DNA from: an uncultured Candidatus Cloacimonadota bacterium
Lineage (GTDB): Bacteria; Cloacimonadota; Cloacimonadia; Cloacimonadales; Cloacimonadaceae
NCBI GenBank assembly: GCA_964501025.1
Contig: CAZCRD010000103.1
Span: 3,412 to 67,411 of the forward strand
DNA length: 64,000 nt
Reading direction: 5' to 3'
Positions 8,528-17,749 of the stretch are shown piece by piece. Position 1 is the first letter of the stretch; each line of letters begins with the position of its first letter. The translations under genes and the position numbers were made by a program. The notes beneath the pieces were generated by a model. The model saw only the letters and a program-made list of their open reading frames with translations. It was not told where the DNA came from and did no database searches.

Positions 8528-10159
8528 TTGGATAAACGAACTCTTTCCGCTCTACTTTTGATGCTGGTGCTATATCTGGCTTTTGATCAGTTTGTGTGGA
8601 AACCCCAACGTGAAAGTGCCCGCCTCGCCACTCAATCCGAACAGCTTCCCCAAGATCCTGCATTGGCTGATAGCCTGGATCAGGAAAAGCCAGTATCGGT
8701 ATCTGCTACGGCGGATAGTTTGATCGGCACAGAAAACGCCGAAGTCAAAGAAGTGGAGCTGGAAAACGACTATCTAAAAGTGAGATTTAGCAACAAAGGT
8801 GCCGTAATCACCTCAATCGAGCTCAAAGAATACAATTTCAGTGATGGTGTGGCAGTTGATTTGATCCCGGAGATGGGATCGATCTTAAGCACCACGGTTT
8901 ATCAGGGCTCGCAAAACCTGGATCTTTCGTCCCGCATTTTTGCCTATAGTGAAGATCCGGACACAAAGAGCATTCGCTTCCATCTCGGAGCAGAAGCCTC
9001 ACCGCAGATCCTCAGAGAATACTATCTGGACGATATGTATGGCATCGGAGTGGAAACCAGTATCCAAAATCTGGGAAGTATGAATGGCATCCGGCTGGAT
9101 CTCTCTGCCGGCATAGCGGATAGCGAAAAGCAAACCAAATCCAAGGCTCAGGATTACCGCTTCTTGCTATATGCGGACAACGAACTCCTCAAGCTCTCGC
9201 TGGCCAAGATGAAAAAGAATCCCCCCCAAGGCAGTTTTGGCAGCTATGGATGGGCCGCTGTACGCAGCAAGTATTTTACTCTGGCCTTAAAAGAAAATGA
9301 CCCTGCCTTGAGCAAGAGTTTTAGCAGTGAGATCAATGCAGAAACCGGCAATCCAGGCTTTAGTGTCGATAGTTATCAGCGCAACGCAAAGGCAAATTGG
9401 GATCAGAGCTTTGTGCTTTATGCTGGTCCTGCTGATGCCGGGATCCTGAAAACCTACGGCTGGCAGATGGAAAACATCGCTGAGCGTGGCTACAACTGGC
9501 TCCGCTGGCTGACTAATTTCTTTGCCTGGTTCCTCAATTGGCTGCATGGCTATATCAAAAACTATGGCGTTGTCATCATCATTTTTGCCTTTTTGCTCAA
9601 GATCGTATTGCATCCGCTGACGCACAAGAGTATGTCTGCCACCTTTAAGATGCAGAAGATCCAACCCCAAATGCAGGCTCTGCAAAAGAAGTACAAAGAT
9701 GACCCCAAGACGCTTCAGGTGGAGATGAGCAAGCTCTACAAAGAAGCTGGTGCCAATCCCCTGTCCGGGTGCCTGCCCCTGCTTTTGCAGATGCCGATCT
9801 TCTTTGCTCTTTACAATGTCTTGCGCTATTCTCTGGATATGCGTAACGCAGGTTTTGTTTTTTGGCTCAAGGATCTCTCGGAGCCGGATCCGTATATGGT
9901 GCTTCCCATCATCATGGGTTTGTTTATGATCATTCAATCCAAGATGATGCAGCCCCAACGCGGTAATATCGAAGATATGGATGAAAACCAGAAGCGAGCT
10001 CAGTCCACTCAAAAGATGATGACCTGGATGATGCCGATCATGATGTTCTTCATCTTCAGAGGCATGCCGGCAGGACTGGTATTGTACTGGACCGTATTCA
10101 ATATCTTCTCAGTAATTCAGCAGTATTATCTGCTCAAACATCACAAAAACAAGGAATAA
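8528..10159 (+). CDS. yidC: Membrane protein insertase YidC
   Basis: 543 aa with an N-terminal TM segment, a large periplasmic domain and the conserved C-terminal 60-kDa IMP region (PLSGCLPLLLQMPIFFALY). Alternative TTG start. Confidence 0.92.
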   Translation: MDKRTLSALLLMLVLYLAFDQFVWKPQRESARLATQSEQLPQDPALADSLDQEKPVSVSATADSLIGTENAEVKEVELENDYLKVRFSNKGAVITSIELKEYNFSDGVAVDLIPEMGSILSTTVYQGSQNLDLSSRIFAYSEDPDTKSIRFHLGAEASPQILREYYLDDMYGIGVETSIQNLGSMNGIRLDLSAGIADSEKQTKSKAQDYRFLLYADNELLKLSLAKMKKNPPQGSFGSYGWAAVRSKYFTLALKENDPALSKSFSSEINAETGNPGFSVDSYQRNAKANWDQSFVLYAGPADAGILKTYGWQMENIAERGYNWLRWLTNFFAWFLNWLHGYIKNYGVVIIIFAFLLKIVLHPLTHKSMSATFKMQKIQPQMQALQKKYKDDPKTLQVEMSKLYKEAGANPLSGCLPLLLQMPIFFALYNVLRYSLDMRNAGFVFWLKDLSEPDPYMVLPIIMGLFMIIQSKMMQPQRGNIEDMDENQKRAQSTQKMMTWMMPIMMFFIFRGMPAGLVLYWTVFNIFSVIQQYYLLKHHKNKE

Positions 10160-10164
10160 CTTTA

Positions 10165-11040
10165 ATGAACACGATCGATAGAAGCGGAATCTCGGTAGAA
10201 GAGATCATCCGCAAATTTAGAAGTGAACACAATATCAGTGATCACGAACTCAAGTACGAGATTTTAAAAAAGCCCAATAAAGGTTTTTTTGGCCTGTTTG
10301 CAAATAAGATCGCCCTGGTGCGCTTTCAGCTTCCTGACATTGAGGACAGAGTACGGCTCTTCTGTGAAACTTTATTGGATAAAATGGGAGTTAGTTTCGA
10401 TGGAATCAGCTCCAAGACTGAAGGCAAGACCCTCTTTCTTACCATCGAAGAAGTAGGCGAACCGGGATTTGTGATCGGGAAAAACGGTTCCATGCTGGAA
10501 ACTATTCAGTATTTAGTAAACCGTGTCTTTGAAAATGAAAAGAGCATCGAACGCATCTACCTGGATGCCGATGGATACCGCCAACGCCGGGAATCACAGT
10601 TTCTGAATCGCTATATTTCCGATATCAAGAAGGTCAAAATCCATGGCAAATCCCTCACTCTGGAGCCCATGAGCCCAGGAGAAAGAAGAATAATCCATCG
10701 CCATATCGAACGTGACCGGGGACTCAGAACTCTTACCATCGGTGAAGGCGAAAACAAACGCATCGTGATCTTCTCTTCCAAACAAAAAGAAAGTGAAGTG
10801 CGACAGCAAAATGCCGGAGACAAGAAAGAAGCGAACAAGAATTCCAGACCCAGCCGCTCTCGCAAGCCTCAAAAATCGACAACTAAAAGCGATCAGACTT
10901 CGGAAGCTGCAGAGCAAGCAAATGCTGCGCCCAAGGCTAAAGCCCCTCGCAAACCCCGCCCACCCCGCCGTCCCAGATCAAAACCGAATCCAGATAAGGC
11001 AAAAGCACCCAATTCTGATAACAGTGCCAAAGATATTTAA
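10165..11040 (+). CDS. jag: Jag/KhpB-type RNA-binding protein (Jag_N-KH-R3H) with a long basic C-terminal tail
   Basis: R3H motif (LEPMSPGERRIIHRHI) and a KH-like GFVIGKNG. Conserved position after yidC. The last ~90 aa are K/P/R/S-rich low complexity. Confidence 0.85.
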   Translation: MNTIDRSGISVEEIIRKFRSEHNISDHELKYEILKKPNKGFFGLFANKIALVRFQLPDIEDRVRLFCETLLDKMGVSFDGISSKTEGKTLFLTIEEVGEPGFVIGKNGSMLETIQYLVNRVFENEKSIERIYLDADGYRQRRESQFLNRYISDIKKVKIHGKSLTLEPMSPGERRIIHRHIERDRGLRTLTIGEGENKRIVIFSSKQKESEVRQQNAGDKKEANKNSRPSRSRKPQKSTTKSDQTSEAAEQANAAPKAKAPRKPRPPRRPRSKPNPDKAKAPNSDNSAKDI

Positions 11041-11821
11041 GGTTTACGCTGGCCACTATTGGTCTGATGGGGGTGCTCTGATGGGAGTGCTGCCCTATGC
11101 AATCTGGAGCAAACAGGTGCAGGTGGATGATAAGCGCCGCAAAAAGATGGATCTCAACCTCTTGCTCATTGTCAGCAAAGATCGACGCATTCTGGTCGAT
11201 ACCGGATTGGGAAACCGCCTTAGCGACAAGCAAAAAGAGATCTATCGTCCCAGTGAATTTGCCTTACCGCTCTCGCTGGCAGAATTGGGCTTTCGGGATT
11301 GCGATATCACCGATGTGATCATGACGCATCTGCATTTTGATCATGCTGGTGGCATCGTTACCGGATTGGCAGATAGAGATATCCTCACCTTCCCCGAAGC
11401 CAGATATTGGATCCAAAGCGATGAATGGGCTATGGCCAGGCACCCAGATAGCACAAATCAGGCAGCTTATGCCTTTGAACACCAGCTGGCGCTATTGGAA
11501 AAACTGGGCAAGATCGAGCTGATCGATGGTGAAACTGAGATCGCAGACGGCATTAGCTGCGTGAAAACTGGAGGACATACTGTGGGTAGCCAGTTTGTGC
11601 AGATCGATAGCCCCGATGGCTTTTTTATCTATGCCGGAGATATCATCGCCACCAAGTTCCACACCTCGATGGCCATTACCTCTGCCTACGACGTCTGTCG
11701 CAGCGATACCGTGAAAGCAAAAAGGCTGATCTATGACCGCCTCAAAGCCCGTAATGGTTACCTTTTGCTGGATCACGATACTTCATATTGGCAGATCCCA
11801 ATAGCGGATCTAAGAGTTTGA
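11024..11821 (+). CDS. MBL-fold metallo-hydrolase
   Basis: HLHFDHAGG metal motif and a DGGALMGVLP N-terminal motif of this MBL subfamily. Start is uncertain: GTG at 11024 is proposed, and the track ORF from 10793 overlaps jag and is rejected. Confidence 0.7.
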   Translation: MPKIFKVYAGHYWSDGGALMGVLPYAIWSKQVQVDDKRRKKMDLNLLLIVSKDRRILVDTGLGNRLSDKQKEIYRPSEFALPLSLAELGFRDCDITDVIMTHLHFDHAGGIVTGLADRDILTFPEARYWIQSDEWAMARHPDSTNQAAYAFEHQLALLEKLGKIELIDGETEIADGISCVKTGGHTVGSQFVQIDSPDGFFIYAGDIIATKFHTSMAITSAYDVCRSDTVKAKRLIYDRLKARNGYLLLDHDTSYWQIPIADLRV

Positions 11822-11828
11822 ACATGAT

Positions 11829-11857
11829 AAAAGGCGGAGATTCTCCGCCTTTTGTTT
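11829..11857. terminator. Bidirectional hairpin terminator between convergent genes
   Basis: AAAA-GGCGGAG-att-CTCCGCC-TTTTGTTTT, between the MBL gene (+) and the TPR gene (-). Confidence 0.7.
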
Positions 11858-11872
11858 TGTCAATACTACAGC

Positions 11873-12514
11873 TTACTTTTTCTCTACTTTCTGCTGCAGA
11901 GCCTTGTACAATTCCTCAATCTCAGATTCTGGCAATTCTTCGTCAAAATGGCTGCCTTCCTCTTCGGCTGAAAGTGAAAAAGATGTTTGCAAAGCCTGTA
12001 GAGCTTCCGGATAGCGTTCCAGCTTGTCCAGAGCCATGGCATACCACACATAAGCATCATAGTGCTCCCGATTAGTTTCGATGGACATGGCCAAGGCCTG
12101 AGCTGCATCTTCAAAGTTTCCACTCCTATATAGGGCTTCGCCTTTATGTCGCCAGGGGCAAGACCATCTGGGACTGGCCTCATTGAGCTGATTATAGATC
12201 ATAACTGCTTCATCATATTTCTCCATATTCAGGTATAAGTTTCCCAAGCTGAATTTCTCGCCGGGGCTGAGCAGATCAAGATTGTCCAAAGCCAGGTCCA
12301 TGATGACTTTGGCAAAATGGTTGGATAGATAGGCAAGATTCAGCTTGGCAGAGAGTGATTCTGGATCTTGTGAATCAAGTTTGCTGAGATGGTCTACAGC
12401 CAGTTTGAAACTCCTTATATCCGGATCTTGCAGGTAATCGTTCATGGGATTATCGCTTGCAAACAGGCCCGCGCAAAGCGGGATCAGGGCAATAATCAGC
12501 AGATATCTTTTCAT
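11873..12514 (-). CDS. Secreted/lipoprotein TPR-repeat protein
   Basis: Signal peptide MKRYLLIIALIPLCAGLFA. TPR-like repeats (LGNLYLNMEKYDEAVMIYNQ, GEALYRSGNFEDAAQAL, YAMALDKLERYPEAL). Confidence 0.7.
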   Translation of the reverse strand: MKRYLLIIALIPLCAGLFASDNPMNDYLQDPDIRSFKLAVDHLSKLDSQDPESLSAKLNLAYLSNHFAKVIMDLALDNLDLLSPGEKFSLGNLYLNMEKYDEAVMIYNQLNEASPRWSCPWRHKGEALYRSGNFEDAAQALAMSIETNREHYDAYVWYAMALDKLERYPEALQALQTSFSLSAEEEGSHFDEELPESEIEELYKALQQKVEKK

Positions 12515-12524
12515 TTTTCCCTCC

Positions 12525-12806
12525 TTATTGATATAGACAGATGTACGCAGTCTGCTCTTCGACCCTTACACCAAATCTCTGGTTGGCAGCTACAGTGAAA
12601 CTCTCACCTGCTGCATACTTTTTCCATTCCGGAACACCGGGGAGTTTTACAATCAATGTCCCCGAGACCACCGTCATGTGCTCCACGGTAGTTGTGTCAA
12701 ATTCATATTCCCCAATGTCCATCGCTCCGATGGTGGATTTACCGCGGTTATTGGTCAAAGCAATGGATTTTACTTTGCCCTCAAAATATTCATTGGTATT
12801 GAGCAT
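12525..12806 (-). CDS. ppnP: Pyrimidine/purine nucleoside phosphorylase PpnP (DUF1255/YaiE family)
   Basis: 93 aa. MLNTNEYFEGKVKSI...GEYEF.T...E.MTVVSG.L.V.LP aligns along its whole length with E. coli PpnP as I remember it. Confidence 0.85.
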   Translation of the reverse strand: MLNTNEYFEGKVKSIALTNNRGKSTIGAMDIGEYEFDTTTVEHMTVVSGTLIVKLPGVPEWKKYAAGESFTVAANQRFGVRVEEQTAYICLYQ

Positions 12807-12932
12807 GATACACTCCTATTTTTTCTTTTTTGCCAATTTCCTCACTCTGAGTACATGGTCAAGGAAAATTCCCCTTGGGCTAAACTGGCATCTTGCATAG
12901 ATTGCATTTTGACAAGATAGCACAGAAAATCC

Positions 12933-12961
12933 TTGACAGCTATAAGCATATTTATATATAT
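12933..12961 (+). promoter_or_regulatory. Sigma70-like promoter (TTGACA-N16-TATATA) for the 13098-15208 lipoprotein/LruC pair
   Basis: Consensus -35 TTGACA at 12933-12938 and TATATA at 12955-12960. A second TTGACA lies at 12909. Confidence 0.5.
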
Positions 12962-13097
12962 GGTGCTTAAATAGTTAAATGAAGGAGCAGCGAGCTGGAA
13001 AAGGTTTTACAAAGTACTTATCCGCTCCTCTACGCTGCATCTTATCCAGTAACAAAGCCACATGATTTTGGTGGCAAATTAAAAATGGAGTCCGAAT

Positions 13098-13460
13098 ATG
13101 ACATATAAGATCTTGATAGTTTTGGTCGCAACAATCATATTGATGGTTGCCTGCGACACCAGCTCAGAAAAGCTTACTCAGACAGATATGAACAATCTGA
13201 AGGTGCCGCATGATTTTGATTTTGCAATGAGCTCTCAGGTGGAGGTTGATATCCAGGGAGCCTGGCGCTTACCGCTTTACCTGAAAACCAGGGATGGCAA
13301 TCTGCTGTTCAAAGCGCAGATGAATCCCGAGACCGGCATCTCTACAAAGCTGACTTTACCCAAAACCATCTCAGAAGTAGTAATCCATTACCAGAGTTTT
13401 GAAGTACCGGTAAATGTTAGCAGTGGCAGCTTGAACTTTGACTTTCGTAGTGACTGGTAA
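13098..13460 (+). CDS. Small lipoprotein homologous to the N-terminal domain of the LruC protein at 43911-45890
   Basis: Lipobox LMVAC. VPHDFDFAMSSQVEVDIQG parallels APDFDWQSSRQVELEIEV in the 659-aa paralogue. GGAG RBS. Confidence 0.65.
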   Translation: MTYKILIVLVATIILMVACDTSSEKLTQTDMNNLKVPHDFDFAMSSQVEVDIQGAWRLPLYLKTRDGNLLFKAQMNPETGISTKLTLPKTISEVVIHYQSFEVPVNVSSGSLNFDFRSDW

Positions 13461-13471
13461 GGGAGGGTAAG

Positions 13472-15208
13472 ATGAAACACATATTGATAGTAGTAGGCCT
13501 CCTGGTTTTTAGCCTCGCCCTTTTTGCGCAAGGCACTATCGCGGTTTGGGGAAATCCTCACTCTCAGGTAGCAAGGAATGTGCCTGAAGGCGAGGATTTT
13601 GTTCAGATCTCAGCCGGATACAGATTAGGAATAGCCTTGAGAGCTGATGGCAGCGTAGTCACATGGGGACAAAATAGCAATAACGTTGTAAACCAAAGCC
13701 CAGCCGGATTTGACTTCACAGCTATCTCAGCGGGGCAGGATCATGCCCTGGCTCTGCGCAGTGATGGCAGCGTAATTGGCTGGGGAAATAATGATAATGG
13801 CATGTCAAACTCCCCTCCTCACAGTGACTATGTGAAAATTTCGGCCGGCATTAGCCATAACCTTGCCCTGCGTGCCAATGGAGAAATCCATGCTTGGGGA
13901 AACAGTGCCAATGGTAGACTGGATGTACCTGCCGGCACATATATCGATATCGCCGCCGGTAATACATACAGCCTTGCCATCAATACCGCCGGTGAATTAG
14001 TGGGCTGGGGAGCTGGCTGGAATGGTGAATTGAATCTTCCTGCTGGAAACGACTTTGTGCAAGTCTCTGCAAAATATCTACACTGCCTCGCCCGTCGCGC
14101 CGATGGCAGCATCGAAGCTTGGGGAAACGTCACTGGAAACCTTGATGTACCTGCGGGTACATACCAGGACATGGATGCCGGCTGGCAAGGGAATGTAGCC
14201 CTTACCACGGATGATGTAGTGGTCAACTGGGCAAATCTCTGGGTATTGAAGACAGTTCCAGCTTGGGTGCATGATCTGGACATTGTCAAAATCGCCGCTG
14301 GAGACGAGTTTTACCTGGGGCTAACTGGAGATCTGGCCGAGACTGATTCTGATGGTGATGGTGTGGTAGATGCTCTGGACGAATTTCCCGATGACCCTTC
14401 ACGAGCCTATAGCATAAGCTATCCTTTGGATTCTCCCACGGGATGGGGCACTCTGGCTTTTGAAGATCTCTGGCCACAACAGGGTGACTATGACTTCAAT
14501 GATCTGGTTTTGGGCTACCAACTGAGCCTGATTTTAGATGCTGAGCTCAAGATCAAGGATATCCTTGGTGATTTTCAGCTCAGAGCAGTGGGTGCCACCT
14601 TCCAAAACGCCTTTGCCATTGAATTCCCCTTTGCCGCTTCAAACATTGAACCCGTAACAGGATTGGGGGCTGGGATGGCTTACGATATGCCCCTTACTGA
14701 TGCAGGCTCAAATAGTGTCCTTACTGTGATATCAAACACCAACGATTTTGTCACTGTGCCCGGATCAGGAGTATTGTGGAATACCCAATTGGATCAACCA
14801 ACTTTTGATCCAATCCCAATCAGCTTTGAGCTGACCCTGACAGAAGCGATTGATCAGAGCACCCTGCCCTTGTGGGGCTTTTGGAATCCGTTTTTGATGG
14901 TAAATCGGGATCCCGGACATGAAATTCATTTGCCAGGTTATCCGCCCACCATATTTGCCGATCCTTCTCTCTTTGGTGCTGGCGATGATACCACAGATCC
15001 CGGTTCGGGAAGATATTACAAGACCTCCCGCAATCTGCCCTGGGCTTTGGATTTGCCGATCAATTGGCATTATACCATCGAACACAAAGAGATCACTCAC
15101 GCTTATTACGGTTTTGCCCCCTGGGCTGAGAGTGGTGGCAATATCTACCAAAACTGGTACGAGCTTATCGACGGACAGATCAACCCGGATTACATTTATA
15201 ACCCTTGA
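13472..15208 (+). CDS. Secreted RCC1-repeat (beta-propeller) / LruC-domain fusion protein
   Basis: Signal peptide, then ~5-6 RCC1-like repeats (ISAG..H.LALR.DGSV..WG.N..G). Next comes a calcium-binding TSP3-like DSDGDGVVDALDEFPDDP, then an LruC-type region (WGTLAFEDLWPQQGDYDFNDLV...GHEIHLPGY...WYEL) collinear with the 43911 gene. Confidence 0.8.
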   Translation: MKHILIVVGLLVFSLALFAQGTIAVWGNPHSQVARNVPEGEDFVQISAGYRLGIALRADGSVVTWGQNSNNVVNQSPAGFDFTAISAGQDHALALRSDGSVIGWGNNDNGMSNSPPHSDYVKISAGISHNLALRANGEIHAWGNSANGRLDVPAGTYIDIAAGNTYSLAINTAGELVGWGAGWNGELNLPAGNDFVQVSAKYLHCLARRADGSIEAWGNVTGNLDVPAGTYQDMDAGWQGNVALTTDDVVVNWANLWVLKTVPAWVHDLDIVKIAAGDEFYLGLTGDLAETDSDGDGVVDALDEFPDDPSRAYSISYPLDSPTGWGTLAFEDLWPQQGDYDFNDLVLGYQLSLILDAELKIKDILGDFQLRAVGATFQNAFAIEFPFAASNIEPVTGLGAGMAYDMPLTDAGSNSVLTVISNTNDFVTVPGSGVLWNTQLDQPTFDPIPISFELTLTEAIDQSTLPLWGFWNPFLMVNRDPGHEIHLPGYPPTIFADPSLFGAGDDTTDPGSGRYYKTSRNLPWALDLPINWHYTIEHKEITHAYYGFAPWAESGGNIYQNWYELIDGQINPDYIYNP

Positions 15209-15235
15209 TTGACAGGATAAACCTGATACCCTTAT

Positions 15236-15262
15236 GCCCCGGTCTCAGGATCGGGGCTTTTT
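15236..15262 (+). terminator. Rho-independent terminator after the RCC1-LruC gene
   Basis: GCCCCGgtctcaggatCGGGGC followed by TTTTT. Confidence 0.75.
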
Positions 15263-15288
15263 GATGCTTCATCCGCTATCACAAACAA

Positions 15289-15342
15289 GGTTGAGAGGTT
15301 GAGAAAATTGAGAAAGGTATAGGGGGTTTTTTGAGGTTGAGA
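15289..15342 (+). repeat. Cluster of GGTTGAGA / TTGAGA direct repeats
   Basis: GGTTGAGA-GGTTGAGA-aaa-TTGAGA...GA-GGTTGAGA within 54 bp of intergenic DNA. Confidence 0.8.
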
Positions 15343-15565
15343 CTGCGTGAGCCCCAGCGGGACAATCTTTCAGGTAGCATATTTGCACTCTGAACCGGAG
15401 CATGCTGCCAGAGCATTGGCAGCACGGTCTTATAATTGCGCCATGTGTTCGCCAATCTTAATCAAAACAAAGATTTGCGCTCAAGATGCAGATTTCGCTT
15501 GACCCAAAACTACCGGACATATTAACTGAGCTTAGAAATTTACTTGAAAAAACATGAGGATAATG

Positions 15566-17749
15566 ATGAAGCACATTTTATTCATACTGATCAGCCTGAG
15601 CATACTTTCGCTATCTGCCTATCACAGCGATCCTTTCCCCTTGGGGACATACTCCTTTTTACAGAATGACAACCGTTATTTCTCCGAGCATCGAGACGAA
15701 TTTATCTCCTATATGAAGGATCTGGGATACAACATCAACATGATCCAGACCACAAATAGTGATCGTGATCTGGGCAGCCTGCTTTCGGCTTTGGATGCAG
15801 CCAGGCTTGATGCAGTGCTGGCAGACAAGTGTTGGAGCAACGATCCCTCCGATTCGCGGCACTTCAGCCTCGTGCCTCTTAGCACCTCAAATTATCAGCG
15901 CTTTGAAGCAGAATTTTCCGATGCCAGAGATGTGAAAACCGGAGACAATCAAGAGCCGCGTTTCTGGTACGGAAATAGCAAGGTCACAGACCGTGTTGGC
16001 CGCGTGATTGTAGATTTGGATGCTTCCTACCAGAGAGCCTGGCAGGTGAATCGGGCTACCGACGAGGCCGGCTGGGCTTTTACCGACATCAATTACCGCT
16101 GGCCCGACCCTAAAGGCAATACGGTCAAGCTTCACGACGAAATCCGCCTGCACAAAAGGCATCTGGATGCCAAAAGTGATACAGATTCCCTGTATCTAAA
16201 CTATCGTGTAAAAATCTCCAATATCCCGGAGGATCTGGCTCTCTGTGCTCCCTTGATCAGCTTTCAGTTTTACGGTCATCTGGGAGCCAAAACAGAATTT
16301 GGCAAAAAGACGATCGCTCCCAAAGATCATCGAGGAAAGTCTCTGGAGTATACTGCTTTTACCCTTGCAGATTACATTGCTCTGGGCAGACCCAAAGGCT
16401 ATTTTGACCTGCCCTTTCATATCAGTTACAATGACCTTAAAGCCAGCAAGATCCTTACCGATGATTGGGACGACAATCCCGATACTGCAGCTCACTGGTG
16501 GTGGTTTATCTTTCGCCATTTTGCACCCGGGCTATTTTGGCATGGCAATTGTGATCTGAGCCTGGATTACATCGATATGGAAGATCAATTGCATCGGGAT
16601 TTGCGGGAAAACTACAGCTTTTACAAACAGGGTATCAACCAGCGCATTCGTGCCCACAAAGCCCTCCCTGGGGGTAAGGTGATTCGCTATCTATATAGCC
16701 TGGACGAACCCTTTCAGACTCACCTCAGCTCCTTCAATATGCTCCAAAACATGATCGCTGAAGACAATCCACCCCTGTGTTCTGCTACCTATGACATCGA
16801 TCACCGCACCTTTAGACTGGAAGGCAAGGACAAGTGGTGGAATTTTCCGGATCTCACCCGTGAGATTGCCAAACCCCGGATCATGATGCCAGATGTGTAT
16901 CCGATCCAGCCCGAAGTGGGATACGATCCCGTGGCAGGTGAAAACTTCCTGCAAAACGTCCTGGATCACAAATTGATCAAAGGTTACCGGGATGCCAGAG
17001 ACTATGTGTCACAGCAGCAAGAGCGGGAGTTTCAACCCATAGTCCAAGCTTTTGGCTATTGGAACGGTCATCGCTGGGTTTCCTGGACCCTGCCCCCGGC
17101 CGCCACCCAAAAAGCCCTGCTTTACCTTCCCTTCTGCTATGGTGTGGATGGCATCCATCACTATCAATTGCAAGGCTTTGTCAATGCCAGAAGGGAAGGA
17201 TATTATGCTCCCCTCTTGGGCATCGACAATAAAACTATGCAACGCTTTGACTACACCTACGACGTGCTCAAAGCTGCCAATCCCCGCGTACTTTTTTTTG
17301 GCGAGCAGCTGATAAATTGGGATTGGCTCGGTGCTACCACAGTGATGCTGAACAAAAACTATCCCACTCTGGATCTGTCCGGTAGCGGTATAGCCAGGCT
17401 CAGAGTAAAACCAGCGTGCAATGGCTCCTATGAAGGATACGTTGAAACTGCTCTATATCAAAACTCCTCAGACCAATACGCCATCTTTGCCGTCAATCGC
17501 CGGACTAATGAATTCCACTACACCAGAGCCCATCGCCATCCGGATTTTACTGCCCCTGAGGATTATGACTCTGCATACAGCGAGTTTGCCCCGCAGACCC
17601 TCAGGATCTATCTGGATAATGAACATCGAAACTACACGCTCAAAAATGCCGAAACCGGCGAGATTTATCCTGCCAGACGCAAGAAGATCGAGGTAGAGAT
17701 TCCAGCTGGAGAAGCTCTGCTCTTGCTGCTGATAGAAGAGATGAGATAA
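15566..17749 (+). CDS. Secreted hypothetical protein (~727 aa), possibly glycoside-hydrolase-like
   Basis: Signal peptide MKHILFILISLSILSLSA and a long uninterrupted ORF. No motif I can assign confidently. In-frame ATGs at 15554, 15563 and 15566; the GAGGA position favours 15566. Confidence 0.6.
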   Translation: MKHILFILISLSILSLSAYHSDPFPLGTYSFLQNDNRYFSEHRDEFISYMKDLGYNINMIQTTNSDRDLGSLLSALDAARLDAVLADKCWSNDPSDSRHFSLVPLSTSNYQRFEAEFSDARDVKTGDNQEPRFWYGNSKVTDRVGRVIVDLDASYQRAWQVNRATDEAGWAFTDINYRWPDPKGNTVKLHDEIRLHKRHLDAKSDTDSLYLNYRVKISNIPEDLALCAPLISFQFYGHLGAKTEFGKKTIAPKDHRGKSLEYTAFTLADYIALGRPKGYFDLPFHISYNDLKASKILTDDWDDNPDTAAHWWWFIFRHFAPGLFWHGNCDLSLDYIDMEDQLHRDLRENYSFYKQGINQRIRAHKALPGGKVIRYLYSLDEPFQTHLSSFNMLQNMIAEDNPPLCSATYDIDHRTFRLEGKDKWWNFPDLTREIAKPRIMMPDVYPIQPEVGYDPVAGENFLQNVLDHKLIKGYRDARDYVSQQQEREFQPIVQAFGYWNGHRWVSWTLPPAATQKALLYLPFCYGVDGIHHYQLQGFVNARREGYYAPLLGIDNKTMQRFDYTYDVLKAANPRVLFFGEQLINWDWLGATTVMLNKNYPTLDLSGSGIARLRVKPACNGSYEGYVETALYQNSSDQYAIFAVNRRTNEFHYTRAHRHPDFTAPEDYDSAYSEFAPQTLRIYLDNEHRNYTLKNAETGEIYPARRKKIEVEIPAGEALLLLLIEEMR

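Noticed and set aside
10793-11023. 5' extension of the MBL-fold ORF overlapping jag
   Set aside because: The translated extension (MKCDSKMPETRKKRTRIPDP...) is the alternative-frame reading of the low-complexity Jag tail. The conserved MBL N-terminal motif (DGGALMGVLP) begins only after 11040. A GTG start at 11024 is preferred, but the start remains uncertain.
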